Assembly (NCBI GenBank): GCA_047495785.1
Contig: JBLDXI010000010.1
Coordinates: 310,001-374,000 of the forward strand
Length of the DNA: 64,000 bases
Source of the DNA: Lepidodermella squamata
Lineage: Eukaryota > Animalia > Gastrotricha
Reading direction: 5' to 3'
Positions 37,138 to 51,083 of the stretch are shown in pieces. The translations under genes and the position numbers were made by a program. Within the stretch, counting starts at the first letter, position 1. Every line of letters begins with the position of its first letter. The notes beneath the pieces are model-generated. The model was given only the letters and a program-made list of their open reading frames with translations, was not told the origin of the DNA and made no database searches.

Positions 37138-38237
37138 TGTAGTTGTATTTAAAAATGTCGAAAATTCACGAAAAAGGAAATTGAACAAGTGCGCTAATTT
37201 ATTGCTCGCGCGTTCTTTATACGAAAGATGCGCGCATAACTAACTACGTGACCCATATTTAATTGCGTGTAACGGGTAACCAAATACCGTGTCGGTGTAT
37301 CTCTCACGGAAGCGAGCTATCTGTTACAGTCTATTGTTTCATTATCAGCGTCAAGAATAGAGCTAGATTTAATCTGAGTTCAGAGTTCAGTTCCGCGTTT
37401 GAAATCGCCGTCGTAGACTTTGCCTTTATAGCGTACGTACTTTAGCGTATGACATGCGTCATTTAGCGCAAGCATCAATTGCGCTAAAACCAGAGCTGAG
37501 TTAATAATTGATGACAGTTGCGCAAACGACAGCTGCTAAACACTAAAATGGGTCCTCGAGAAGCGTCGCGCGGATTAATTCGAAAAATCGCCTATAATAA
37601 AGATGTGCGCAAAGTAAATTTAATTGCCATTTTATTATGTACTACATTTTATATTCCTTATTATTTTCAACATTTATTTATTTATTAATTACCGTAATCA
37701 AATAATATCATTGTATCATACCCGAATCAAGCGACCGAAAATATATGAGACATTTATTTTTAGGGCGGCGAAATAGACCCTTTATAAAAGATATTTTTTT
37801 AAATCATTTTTTCAAGTTTTACTTCTATGACAGCTTCGACTCGCGGTTCCTTCTGGCCGACCTTCAAACTCGAATTACCGTCTCATTTCAAAGGCTCGAT
37901 TGGCATGAAAAAGATTTTATTTTACGACCTTTGCCCCTCGGCACTCGCGGCGCGTTGACTCATTTTTTAAAGATTTTAACGGAATATTCATGTTTTTTCA
38001 TTTTCCATCCTGAAATTCCATTTTTATTTAAATTTGGGGCGCATCGGGTTTTTTCGAGCCAAAATCATCGTAATTTCTCGGACGCTGTGGGGCCAAGTAG
38101 CCGATGAGCTGACCCGATTTTCAGATTTAGATCATCTAAATATTTATTTCTTAAAGAAATTTTTCAAAATTATTGTCATAATTATCGGAGATGCGCTGCG
38201 CTTTTGCGTTATTTTTATAACAGCCGAACTTGTTGTC

Positions 38238-38765
38238 CTACATCCATCCACACAGCTCCATGATCTCGTCATTCATCTCCTTAGCCAACTCCTCAGACAT
38301 AGCGCCCTCAGTTGTCAGCCCAATAGCGCGGTAATCATCCATGGTCAAGTCGCAAAATCCGTTGGAAACATAGCATGGAGCGTGGCCTTTGAATCCTGTT
38401 TCTTTTATCTGCGCGCACGTCATGTCCGGCTCGCCGCGTAGTAGCACCTCAATGGCTACGTATTCCTGCAGGCATTTGCGAGTCGCATCGACCCAAGCTT
38501 TGCCCTTTTCCGAGAACATGTCAATATTTTCGCCGAATTTCTCGCAATACGTCAGGCCGAAACCGATGGCGTAATCGTCATTTCCGGTGCCCGTGCACTC
38601 GGGATGGGCGGCTTCTAGGCATTCTTCGTACCAGATACAGTCGTTACCATGGGGCTGGTAGCAGTAGTCCGGAATAGTAATACTTGCATGTTCGTAAAAG
38701 CTTCTCGGGATTAACGAAGCAAAACTTGCTCCGAAAACTAGCGAAATTAAAAGAAAGACTCGCAT
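38238..38765 (-). CDS. Stanniocalcin-like secreted Cys-rich protein, copy 1
   Basis: Signal peptide MRVFLLISL. Pattern C.WY..CLE...C...Y...G..YC..F...W....KCLQ...C..IK...F..H..CY...FC. Confidence 0.7.
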   Translation of the reverse strand: MRVFLLISLVFGASFASLIPRSFYEHASITIPDYCYQPHGNDCIWYEECLEAAHPECTGTGNDDYAIGFGLTYCEKFGENIDMFSEKGKAWVDATRKCLQEYVAIEVLLRGEPDMTCAQIKETGFKGHAPCYVSNGFCDLTMDDYRAIGLTTEGAMSEELAKEMNDEIMELCGWM

Positions 38766-40023
38766 GTTGAAAAGGTAACTTGCGATAGCTGGAGTAATTG
38801 CGATTTTAATTATAAAGCGTCTGGTGTGAGAAACAGAAAAAAATCTCTCACCAAACATGGGTGCGGAATGCCCTAATTTTTCCCATTCTGAAGATAAGAG
38901 TGGGGCTATACTTGTATGGGGCTGCTTTTGTTATCAGACTTGCTCGTGTTTGTTTGTCCGCCAAGGAAGAAGTTCAGTTTGTTGGACTCTTTCTCGAACG
39001 GTCGAACTAAAAGCGTCACGTGCTGCACTTGCTGTGAAAAGGGTGGCGTTTTGCGTCCGTTAAAGTTAAAGTAGGAGATTGGCAATGGCTATTATACCCT
39101 ATTACTTTCAGCCATTTTATTTTTATGCGCATTTTGTTGTATGATTATTTGAAAGGTTCTAACTTGTTAAGCATACTTTAATTCATAAATACACAAAGTC
39201 TGAACCCAATAGGACACCATATGCAGTTTAGGTTCGGAAATGAAGCTTTTATGCAGATTTATGGCACCCTCGAGCGATTTTGAATTTCTGCCTTTTTTGA
39301 CTTTGAGCAACGCTGGCACTCTAATGGTGGGGAATTGGCTCCTGAGATTTTGTGGGCTTACTGGAATGGGTTCTGACTGTTCATGGTCAAAATTTGAGCC
39401 CGAAGAACCTCATGGCTATGGAGTGACAATCGTTTGATAAAAGTGGAAATTTTTTATGCAGGTAACCTTACCCAATAAGTATCCGCCAACTTTCAAGTTT
39501 CCAATCTCATGCGCCCGCTGTAATAAGAAGTGGCAACATGTATATTTCAGAACGAGCGTCACAGCCCTGTTTTTTGTGCTGCTTTTTTGCAACAGGCGTT
39601 TACTGTTAATAGTATAGTGAGGGTAGCAACAAACATTAAGATGTAACAGCATAAGCTCTTGCACGTCATCACAGTTAGGATTTTTTCATGAACCGGCAAG
39701 TGCGTCACCAGTGAAACAGCTATTCGGAAAAGTGTAACGTTCGTTGAAAACGTTGAATTGAACGCGCGTCATTCCGAATAGTCAAACGGCCAAAACATGA
39801 GGTAAACATGTTTATGGTCGGATTTGGCAAGCTTTTTCTGTTGTTTTGGCTGTTCGATTCCCATGGAACAACGCCAAGAAGAGCCGAGAGAAATCTATAT
39901 AAGCCCGTCACAGGGCTGCAGTCCAGCATCATTCTCTCAGCATTCAATTCTCAGCCTAATAAGCTAACAGCCAAACTTCAAAGGTTCTTATTTGCTTTCA
40001 CCTGCTACATTCAAATTTTAACG

Positions 40024-41091
40024 ATGCAATACGTATACTACGCAGCCGTCTTGGCATTTGCCTTGGTCTACATTGCCGGTTTGTCTAAATTGTTATTTTA
40101 ACTTTGTGTTTACTTAAATTTGCCTCTCTGCTTTGCAGATTGCGCTCCAGTCAATAATGACGATGATGACTGGGAAGATTTCAAGCGATCGAACAAGAAA
40201 GACTTCAGTGACAAGAATGAAGAGCGCCGCCGTCGTGATACTTTCAAGGCGAACTTGGCTCTCATCCGCAGCCACAATCAGAAGTCTGGCGCTTCTTTCA
40301 GTTTGGACGTCAATGACCTTGCTGATCTGAGCTCGGCTGAGATCGCGGCAACTCGACTTGGTGCTAAGGTTCCACTGGGCGAACAGCTGCTCGTTAGTGC
40401 TGCCCCTTTTGTCGAAGCGATTGTGTCAGCAGCTCTTCCTGCTAGCCTCGACTGGCGCAACAAGAGCGCAGTTACTCCTGTCAAGAATCAGGGCTCATGT
40501 GGATCCTGCTGGGCCTTTTCATCCACGGGAGCTCTCGAGAGCCGATTCAAGATCAAATCTGGCAACTTGATGTCATTTTCTGAGCAAAATCTCATGGACT
40601 GCACGTGGTCTTACGGCAACCAGGGCTGCAATGGTGGCTGGATGAATTCAGCTTTCGCCTACGTCAAAAACGTCTCTGGCATCAACTTGGGTTCCGCTTA
40701 TCCTTACACGGGTGTTAGCAGTCACACTTGCAAGTTCAACGCAGCTGCTCGCTACGCCAGCATTACTGGCTTCACCAACGTACAGAAGAACAACGAAACC
40801 GCTTTGATGGTTGCCCTGCAAACTGGCCCGGTTGCCGTCGCCATCAACGCCGGTTTGAGCTCCTTCCAATTGTACAAGTCCGGAATTTACAATGACGCAG
40901 CCTGTTCGACCTCTATCAACCACGCTGTGTTGGTTGTTGGCTACGGCACGGATGCAGCAACGGGCAAGAACTTCTGGATCGTGAAAAATAGCTGGGGAAC
41001 CGGCTGGGGTGACAAGGGTTACATCCGCATGGCTCGCGGGTCGAACTTGTGTGGCATTCTCAGCTATGCTAGCTATCCGAATATGGCCTAG
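40024..41091 (+). CDS. CTSL: Cathepsin L-like cysteine protease, 2 coding exons
   Basis: Exons 40024-40078 and 40139-41091. ERFNIN-type propeptide, QGSCGSCWAFS, INHAV, KNSWG. TATA box at ~39896. Confidence 0.93.
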
Positions 41092-41582
41092 GCTTATGGA
41101 AACTGGGACTAGCTAGCTACCTGCCAACTGTTGGCAATCGCGATATTTAAATGCAAAACCTGGTGATATGACTGTTATTTTGGGGATCAATTACAATTTT
41201 GGATATACCTATATCTATCATAGTTTCTTAAGAAATATTATCGAAATGGCCCTCGCTAAAATTATCAATAAATAATGGAAACTGAAATCTTCGCTCAACA
41301 TCCTAATTACTCCAAGGTGTTGAAAACGGATTCGATTTGTTCCCCATATTGCACCCAGGCTTGGTCATGGGTTCCAACGTTGCTTTTCCTATCTGAACGG
41401 ATCCGAGCAAAATTTTCCGAAACGAATGATATCAGAGCAAAGGGGAGATGGTTTCTTAATACTTTTCGTTCAAAAGATTAACTTCGGTGGGTATAAAAAA
41501 GCAATAGTAGAATAATTATTTATTTCTCTCTGAGATAATTTTCAAAAATAACAGAGATCCGCTGTGCTATTTTGCGTTGTGT

Positions 41583-42134
41583 TTACCGGCCCAACTTGAA
41601 CTTTTCCTCCCACTCCGGCCCACACAGCTTCGCAGTCTCGGCCATCTGCTCAATCATCTCCGGCGACATACTGTCCTTAGTTATCCACATGACAGCAGCG
41701 TAATCAGCAATAGTCAAGTCGCAAAATCCGCTGGAAACATAGCACACAGGGTGGCTTTTGAAGGCTGTATCCTTAATCTGCTTGCAAGTCATCTCCTGGT
41801 TGTCGCTTGACAGCACCTCATCGGCCAGGACTTCCTGCAGGCATTTGCGAGTCGTGCCGACCCAAACTTTCCCCTTGGCGGAGAACTTGCGAAGGCTGTT
41901 GCTGAATATCTCGCAGTACTTTTTGCCGTAACCAAGAGCGTAATCGTCGCTTCCGGTGCCCGTGCACTCGGGATGGGCGGCAGCTAGGCATTCTTCGTAC
42001 CAGATACAGTCATTACCATGGGGTTGGTAGCAGTAGTCCGGAATAGTAATACTTGCATGTCCGTAAAAGCTACCCGGGATTACCGAAGCAAAACTTGCTC
42101 CGAAAATTACCGAAATTAACAGAAAGACTCGCAT
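41583..42134 (-). CDS. Stanniocalcin-like secreted Cys-rich protein, copy 2
   Basis: Paralogue of 38238-38765 with the same Cys pattern. Confidence 0.72.
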   Translation of the reverse strand: MRVFLLISVIFGASFASVIPGSFYGHASITIPDYCYQPHGNDCIWYEECLAAAHPECTGTGSDDYALGYGKKYCEIFSNSLRKFSAKGKVWVGTTRKCLQEVLADEVLSSDNQEMTCKQIKDTAFKSHPVCYVSSGFCDLTIADYAAVMWITKDSMSPEMIEQMAETAKLCGPEWEEKFKLGR

Positions 42135-42610
42135 GTTTGTAAGTTGACTTGGTATAGTTGGGGAAATTGCGATTCCGAATTAGTATACATAGCGTCTCTC
42201 GCTAGAAATCTCACGCCTTTACATGGGCTGAGACCGGCCTGCTTTCCGGCCAATTGATAACACTTGGGGCTACTTATGAGGTTGTTGTCGTTATCGCACC
42301 TGAAGCACGAAAAATAACCCATTTTAAGGACAATAATGTCGCGTACCGGTGACAAGTAGTAATAATTAAGACGTGGGGTTAGGCCTATTGCCCAAACTCT
42401 CTTCCATAATCAATCAACTCTATTAAATGTTCACGTTTCCGGACCTTAAAATTTTCCTAAGAGGCCGCTGATTGCATTTTTCGATTATCCTGATAGATTC
42501 CTCACCTCAAAATCGAATTATTTTTCCGATATATTCCTTTCCTTGCAATAAATTAAGCTATTTTCATCTTTTATTAGGTTATTAATTTTTTCATATTTTT
42601 CAGGTTTGAT

Positions 42611-44694
42611 TCAGGTGTTAAGACTTTCCGACTCCACTGGCTCTGTGCTAGCGAATTTGAAGCTCCATTTTGTCGGCTTCTCTTTGTCAAATCGAACGGC
42701 TTTTCCTTTGGCAGTAGCTATCTCCATTTGCTCTCTTAGCGCGTCGCTCGACTCCAAGTTGGCCGGGCACTTCAGAGCAGACAAGCAATATCGGGTGTTT
42801 CCGTTTCCAGACGGCTCAAAACCAATTTCGACTAAAAGCCGATTTTCAAAATGTAGATATTCAATTGAGTTCATAAAATTTTTACTTACTCGCACGAACT
42901 TTACGAGGCGGAAAAATGATGACTATCAGCTCATCAACTTTTTCCGGGGCGGCTGATTTGTAAAGAAGTTCCCATTGGTCATCTAGTTTGGCTGCAACAG
43001 CTATGATCGCTGGAATTCTGTTCCTGTTTAAAATTCAATATAAAATTAAAATTTTACTAAATCATCAAAGAAAATACATATCGATTTGTTATCTTACTGG
43101 ACTTTATTATTTAAATTTTTAAATATTTAAAATGAATCCAAATATCTGTACCACTTCGATTGAAGTTCGACCCCTAACTTTCCGCTAAATTTTTCCGATT
43201 CTTTGCAATTTAGGCTTTTCATTTTTTTTATTGACTTTATTTACACTGGTAATTTTGATCGATATAGCATCGATAACAACCTAGGATTTTTTGTTTAGGA
43301 AAAAGCAATCAAAAACAGAAAAAAATCTGATCAATCGGCTTGGCCAGAATTTGGATCCGGTGATGGAACCCTTAATTTAGGGTGTCCACATTGCTCAATC
43401 TTACGAAGTAGCCCAGGAAGTGAAAATACATGCAAATACAAAACTTGCCCACGCTCGAGTTTGAAGGCTTTGAATTGCAGCGAGTCGATGAAACAACCGC
43501 GTTTGAAAGTGAAACACGAATCGGTGCATGAAGCAAATTCATCCGGAAGACGGCTGAAAATATGCTCGGCATCATCCAATATTTCGTCTTCAAGCTGTAC
43601 CAGATGATTCATTGTGATGCAGGCTTCGAAACCACTTTCTGAACGAGAAGAAATAATAATCAGATGGCTGGCAAATATACGGAAATTGAGGATGAAGAAC
43701 GTAAAATTGAAGTTTAACAATCTTTTTTTTGAAAATCGCGATAAATTCTAAAAAATCACGTTCCTATTTATAATGGAAACATCGGAATTTGTAAGTCCAA
43801 TATAAATTTACCTATACGATCGTCCTGTTCCAAAGACACATTTTCCACGTCGAAATTGTTATCAGCGAACATTTTGTAAAGTGGCGCGTATTCTCCGAAA
43901 GATAAATCCACGAAATTGAAGCGAAAGAAGCGCAACTCTTTGAAAATTTTAGCCATCTCGTAACTGCTGACTTCAGGATTTTTCACGCGCCAATCGTTAA
44001 CGGCAAAAAATATCTCCATCTCCTCTGATTTCAGCGTGTCTTTTGATAGAATATCAACAAGAGCTGAAGCTGACAATCGGCTGAACCCAGGCTTGCGGAA
44101 AATTAAATCGCCGCAAATTGAAATAAATCGATGGCACGATTCCAAGAATTTCGCATCCTTCAGTATCAACGCAGCTTCAATGACATCGTAAATCGAGTCG
44201 AAAGACAGCGTTCGGCTTAGGAAATTCACCATAGCATCGTAGAGACACGTAAACTGATACTCATCTGCCATTTTAAGGACTTCGATCGCCGTGGATAACG
44301 CCAAATTTTTTACTTCGATCCGCCTCGTGTAGAAAAATCTGAGAAAATGGTCGAAGGCTTCGGCGGATTTGCCAGGTAATTCGATAGGATCTTGGGGGTT
44401 GATGGATTCTTTGAAATTGCCGCCAAGTAGCAGCCGTTCCAAGACAGGCGATTGAATCGATAAAATAGCTCGGTGGGCTTGGAATTTACGGCCTCTGACT
44501 ACGAAAGTCACATCGGTGTTGTAGGAATTTTCGTAAAATTTGGCCATAACTTGGTCGCAATAGCTGGATTGAGCGTAGCAGTAAAGTTCATTACCGACCA
44601 GTTTTGTATCGCCATAATCGAAATTCGTTTCGTCCTTTCCCGAAGCTTCCGATGGCTGGGTTAAATCGAATACCTCCCGTAAGGAGAAAGGCAT
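42611..44694 (-). CDS. BTB/POZ-BACK domain protein, copy B, about 4 exons
   Basis: TDVTFVVRGRKFQAHRAILSIQSPV. Last exon RYCLSALKCPA. Confidence 0.8.
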
Positions 44695-45235
44695 AATCCA
44701 GGAGCTATATCACGATGTGAATATAGCCAAAATAAAAAAATGCTAATGATCTAGGAACAGAGGGAAAATGATATACCCAGATAAAAGCAATTTATGCGGA
44801 TCTTCATATTTTGGAAAGGCCTAGCAGAGCAGCTATTATCAAGCAAAAAATACGAAATAACTACAACACTATGAATAATATTATGTATAATTCTCTAAAA
44901 AGAAGGGGTCCGGCCGAAACCAGTCGCCGAATGAAACCTCTTGGCAATAAATGAATATAGAATGAGCCCGAAAACATTACTATTTTGTATCTTGTATTTG
45001 GCCAATTTCCATTTTTTAGCATGAATTTTTCAATTTTTTCAAAGCTCTACAGACATTTTCCAGTAGGTAATATTTGAATCCTTGGAACAATAGAAAAACT
45101 TGAATACGCTGCGGTATCCTTCAAGCTAAAAATGACAAAAATTCAGAGCTAAGATTATATTTCTATCCACAAGCCTGGGTTATTCCAATATTTTGAACTT
45201 GAAACACATTTAAATTAACCAGTTATAAATTGTTG

Positions 45236-46981
45236 TCACTTTCTATCGCCGTTTCTCTTGAAAATGACCGGCTTTTCCTTGTCGAGGCTTGATCCGACCA
45301 GAAACTGCTCGTCTAAGGTTAAGGCAGCCGGACACTCGAGACTCGTTACACAAAACCGTGAATTAGAAGTAGAGCTGACTTTGTCTGGCATCAATTTTAC
45401 TGTTAAAAAGGTAATTAACTGCAGAACATTTTCGGGTAAAAAAACATACTGAATTGAAAAATAAGCGGCTTGAAGATGACTACGACTCGGCTGCTGTAGT
45501 TTTCCTTAGCATCAAAAACACATAACTGAGTCCAAATTTCGCCATCCATCGAGGTTGAAACAGAGAATCCTGTAGTGCCTCTGGACCTGTAATGAAAAGA
45601 TTTAAAGACTTCCGTTCTATAATAATTTTGAAAAATTATTCATGACTAACCAAGTTACTACTGGATATGATCCATATGGGTCATCCATATGTCTCTTGAC
45701 CTGTTTGAACACTTCGAGCCCAATCGAATCGGCCCGAATCGGCTCTGGCAGCTTGACGATTACGTAGCCATTACTCGAGGTAGTGTAGGCGAATTCTTTC
45801 GAATTCGGATAGAAAGCACCTTCAGGATTTTTCACTTCGCGGTCATTCATAACTTTAGCTCCATTTTCGGCACGCACGATTCGATTTTTGCGCGCTGAAA
45901 TTCCAAATTACAAGAATTACAAAAAAATTAAATGGATAAAAATTAAAAAATAATTATTAAATTAATTAATTTAATAATCAATTTATATATTTCAAAATTG
46001 AGATTTTACACTCAAATGTGACAACCATCAAGAATTACAACCAAACAATAAAATGAAATTGTTAAGCTTACTCAGTCTAAGATTTGTTGCCCTGTTTCCC
46101 CCCGAACTTCCAAGTTCGGCTAAATTGACATTATTATCAACCAGTAACTTGTACAATGGCGCCAGTCGGTCGAAAGTCATGCCAGTCAAATCGATGAGCC
46201 CGAACCGAACCTTGGATAGAATTTCAGCCATTCCGCTAGCATCAGCAGCCTGATTTTTAGCCCGCCACCGGGAGACAGCGAGCAGAACTTCGATTTCCGG
46301 AGCACTCAACGTATCTTGGGACAGAATTTCGACTACAGCTCGAGGGCTTAGCGATTCGAAGTCGGGATTTGATAGAATTCCGCTACCGTCAATCGCTATG
46401 AACTTTTGAAAGGAATTCAAAAGATTTTCATCGTTGACCAATAGAGCTGCCTCAAGAAGTTTAAAGACAGTTTCCATGGTTACCAAACCAGCCAGCAGAT
46501 CAACTAACGACTTGTAGAGAATCGAAGTCTCGTATTCATGGGCCATGAGCAAAATTTCGATCGCCATGTCTAGGGTCAGCTCTTTGACAGCCAATGATCG
46601 GGTGTAGAAAAATGTGAGAAATGGCTTGAAAGCTCGAGCGGTTTTTCCTGGTAAAGGAATGGGATCGGTTTTATCGACTGATTCCTTGAAATTGCCACTG
46701 AGTAGCAATTTTTCGAAAACAGGAGATTGAACGGCTAAAATTGCGCGATGAGCTTTGAATTGTCGCCGTTCAACGATGAAAGTCACATCAGCATACAGGC
46801 CTTCGTTGAACAATTTTTCGGTGACATCGGTGAAATAACTACTCCGTTGAACGATGTCACGAGAGTTGAGAAGCTTGGGAGAAATTGCGGGCGAATTTTC
46901 ATCAGAATTCGTATGGCCATTTAGCGATGATTTCTCAGCAGGGTCTCCAATCGGCGATGTGAATAAATCAGCGATCATCAT
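45236..46981 (-). CDS. BTB/POZ-BACK domain protein, copy C, about 4 exons
   Basis: ADVTFIVERRQFKAHRAILAVQSPV. Last exon RFCVTSLECPA...DRK* ends at 45236. Confidence 0.8.
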
Positions 46982-47054
46982 TTCTGGTAAAGGTTGCTGA
47001 TCTTTAAAAATAATTGAAATTTCCGAAAATGAAAAATTAGCTTTTAGTATTATT

Positions 47055-47462
47055 CATAGACATAATATCAGTATAGACTGACTACTCACGAGAAAAGGGG
47101 TGTAACGCCATGGGCGCCAGATGGTCTGCTGATTCCTGAAAAAGTCCTTCAATTTAGCTTTCTTCGAAACAGTTGTCATGATTTATTTCTGAATATAAAA
47201 ACTGCTATCCTAATTTTTTAACAGTTCCTTTATCATTAAAATTATAGAAAAAATAGCACCGTGTTCCTCTCGATAAGACCTATTCTATGACACTTGGTTC
47301 TTTCTCATGCGACCTTTCATCGCCAAGAAATCGATGGAGGAAATTTCGAATTTTTCGATTTTTGGACTCCAAGAAATTGTTGAATCAGCAGACCATCTGG
47401 CGCCCATGGCGTTACACCCCTTTTCTCGTGAGTAGTCAGTCTATACTGATATTATGTCTATG
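47055..47462. mobile_element. hAT-type MITE, 81-bp perfect TIRs, 8-bp TSD
   Basis: TIRs 47055-47135 and 47382-47462 starting CATAGAC. TSD GTATTATT at 47047-47054 and 47463-47470. Empty paralogous site at ~55932. Confidence 0.92.
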
Positions 47463-48814
47463 GTATTATTGTATTTGAACTTTTGGCACGCGATAAATTG
47501 GGCCGCGTGATTGAAATCTTGCTAGATAAGCACCAGCTGTTAAGCTGATAATCTTAAAATAGGTTCAAATTTTCATTCTGGAATCTCATGGCTCATAGTG
47601 AAATAGGGCAATAAAGTCATGATGTCCAACATCTTTCGCTCTTGTGATATTTTTAGAACTTAATGAATTAATATTTAATAATGAATTATAAATGCATCCC
47701 ATCCTAAATTCGGCCACTTTGCCAGTGGCGTGAAATTTTAGAAAATATCCGCCAAATACCAAATACAGAATCATAGAGGATTTCTTGGGCTATCGAATGC
47801 CGGTTCCCCCAAGTCCGGAAGATTTTACCTCGATTTATGGCTCATTTTCTCGTCAACTAGACTCCTGGCCGGAATTAGGGAGCCGGGTACCATAATTTCG
47901 GCCACTACATCCAGTTTACGCTAACATCCCAAGTTTGATACCATCAAATTCGTCTCGAAAAGCCGAGTGTGGAAATCGCCTTTGTTGCTGTACCTGTAAG
48001 CTTTTGTTGGCGACCACCATTAAATGTTTGAAATGGTATAATTCAAAAATTGAAAACCAAAGCTTCGGCCAATGTAAGATTGGACACCACACTGAGTCGG
48101 AATTTATGCTCCTTTCCTTTATAGCCACTGAGCGCTCACTTATTCTTCCTCCCCTGATCCTTCTTGTAACAGGATACCAGTTTCTGACTAAGCACGTGGT
48201 TTTCAAAAAAACCGAAGGGAAAAACTTTCCGAGTCGATAGCCGTAATGACTTTTTCACAAGTATAGCCGACGTTGATATTTCAAAAGTGTTTATTTCTAG
48301 TTCAAAAATTTTTACTCATTACAAATTACAGCCGATTAGTACGGAAAAAAGTAGCGTATTTAATTTGTTATTGTACAGTGCACGGGGTCGGGGCTGTGGA
48401 TTGTGCACTTATCTAGGGATACAGCTAAAGAGGGCTGTTAAAAAGCTGGCGATGAATCATAGGTGCATAGCCACGCTTTTTTCTTAGTTGCTAAGGAGAC
48501 GTTGTTTTTAGTGGTTATAGCCATAATCTAACCAAGCCCGAATTCATTTGTTTAAAACAATCCGAAATTGATAAAAGCATCTCTTACGATTACCGAAGTA
48601 AAAAGGATATTTGGTCAACAGTGCTCAGAAATTAATTGTGTGAATTCTAGAATCGAGAATTTTCACATATCATCCATCAATACATTAAGCTCAGAATAGA
48701 AGTTCCCGAATAAATTCGAGATTTCTGGAAATAATTGCTAATTACAATATTTCGCTAATATTGCCAGGAAACTTTTTTAACAGGAACCAACATCCTTCCA
48801 TTTATGGTCCTGAA

Positions 48815-50710
48815 TGGTGTGGCGACAATTGATCAAGCGACTATTCAACATGCGACAGCTCCGTGCGACAATTCGGCAAACGTCAATTTGACACATGAAA
48901 TTTTAGGGATCGAAAACGACAATTCGGCAAACGATTATTGAGCAGGGTGTCCAATTTCGACAATTCGGCAAAACGGCAACTCGACGTGATGAAAATCACT
49001 AATATGGGAAAACGACTGAACTTGGCAGGAATAAATTTCTGTCACGTTAGAGAAAAAGTGATTAAATTTATTTATTTATTTATTTATTTAGAAGCTATGA
49101 CACCCAAGAGAGGGCAGCTTGACAATGTTTGAAGGAAAAAGCAACAGATAATTTCAGGACAGGTTCAGATTTAGGACAGGAAAAGTGAACACAGTAAGAG
49201 GAGACAAAGGTTTGGACCATTCATCGTTTTAATATGTAGCAGTGATCAGTCAACAATTTGGATCAGTAGTACATAAGTAGTGTGTAAAAATAATAAAGAT
49301 AATATTAAAACAAAATCTCAACAACTTCATAAAAATAGAGTGCTATCAATTTATTAAAGTGCTAAACTAGAGGCATTTTTGTTGTAGAAAAAAGCGTGAG
49401 CAATTGAACGGCATATGTCAGCTGACTCGGCCTGCCGTGCCTCAATAGGCAGTTGATTCCACAGTTCGGGACCTCTGTAACTCAGACTAAGCATTTCTCG
49501 TTTTTAGTCGCATTTCGGCTTGAACATAGGTTCGGAATTTCGAACCTCGTATCGGGGAGGCGGGTTCAGACAAAAAAGCGCTTGAATTGCAGCCGGTGCT
49601 TGCTTGTTAAGGCACTTCCATATGAAGGTGACCAGGTGAATGGCGTGTTTTGTTCTACGTCAACCCAGCCAAGGCGATGTCGCAGTGGTTGAGCATCAGC
49701 GAGCGGATGAGCGCCACAAATAACTCGAACTGCTCGGTCTTGCGTCGATTGAAGCCTGGCCAGTGTGGTCGGGGCAGCTTGGCCCAAAGTTAGGTCACCG
49801 TAATTCAAGTGACTAAATATCAAACCATTGGCCATTAAGATAGCAGTCCTACGACTTACGAACTTCGAGGCCAGCTTGAGAGCAAACACACCTCTTCTTG
49901 CTTTGCTTTTGGCACCATTTATGTGCTTTTTGAAAGACAGTTTATTGTCGATCGTAAAGCCAAGTGTCACCATTTCACTTGACGGCTTAACTATTGCGTC
50001 GCCGATTTTAATACAGAAATCCGGAGCCGTAGGCATCGCGCATTTCAATATCAAAAATTGCGACTTTTTACCGTTAACCTGCAAGGAGTTGGATTTCAAC
50101 CAACAACAAACCCGATTGATTTCCTGTTGAAGAACCGATCTGAGTTCGTTGACGTTCCGACTGGCGAAATAAATTGTTATATCGTCTGCTTATTGTTCGA
50201 TTCCGCAGCGCGTAACGACGAGTGATAGTTCATTTACGTACACTGTAAACATAAGTGGCCCTAAAACTGAGCCCTGAGGCACACCATGGTGAATTTCTTC
50301 GAAGGCAGATAGTGCGCTGTTAATCTTTGTACCCGAGAACGGGACAAAATGTAATGTCCTACATTGAGCAGGAATATCAGGGGTAAAAAGGCTATGCGAG
50401 CGGAGCGAGCATGACCATTCTGACTCTGTAGTTTTTACCTCTTATTTTATGTGTACTATGGCCTCGAAATTTGATATCTATAGCTAATGCTCAGTTGTCG
50501 TTTCAGTACGAGTGATTTATCGAGTTTTCTTCTGCCGAATATTGTCGCTTGTCGCTCAATGGTACGTTGGATTTTCACTGCCGATTAGTCGTTTGCCGAG
50601 TTGTCGTTTTCGATCGAATAACGAAATACTGACGAATTGACGTTTGTTGTTTGTTGAGTTGTCGCTGCCGAATTGTCGTATTTCCAGTTGTCAATGCTCA
50701 ATTGTCATAC
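48815..50710. mobile_element. Degenerate DNA element with inverted arrays of subterminal motifs, hosting a LINE fragment
   Basis: CGACAATTCGGC-like motifs at 48820-48980 and GCCGAATTGTCG-like motifs at 50490-50710. Confidence 0.55.
49066..50330 (-). mobile_element. 5'-truncated CR1/L2-group LINE (degenerate RT C-terminal part, 3' UTR, (AAAT)n tail)
   Basis: HGVPQGSVLGPLMF, EQ*ADD (YADD disrupted), LGFTIDNKLSFKKHI, YRGPELWNQLP. Confidence 0.88.
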
Positions 50711-51083
50711 AAAGAGGCATCTGAAACGTTTCTCGTCGTCAGCTAATTCGAACTAAATTGGGCCGGCCTTTATCAACGGGATCATCTTCTTTATTGGAAA
50801 GCAAAATTTATTCGAAGAACAACAAATCAACTGGTGAAATTCACCCGCGTCGATCCAAGCTTAACAGGTCCGGCTATTCATTACATACTAAAATAAGGCG
50901 GTAGCTTAGCCAGCTATTTCCTTGAACTTGACCAAATTTAATTTTGTAAATAATTTTTTCTTCCACTAATAAAAAAAAATTAATTATCAATTTTGAGGGG
51001 GCTGTGAAGGGTGTGGCAGATAACGAGGGAATTGCACAGAGCCAGGATGCACTTATCGAGGGAGCACTGTATTACAATAGGCA

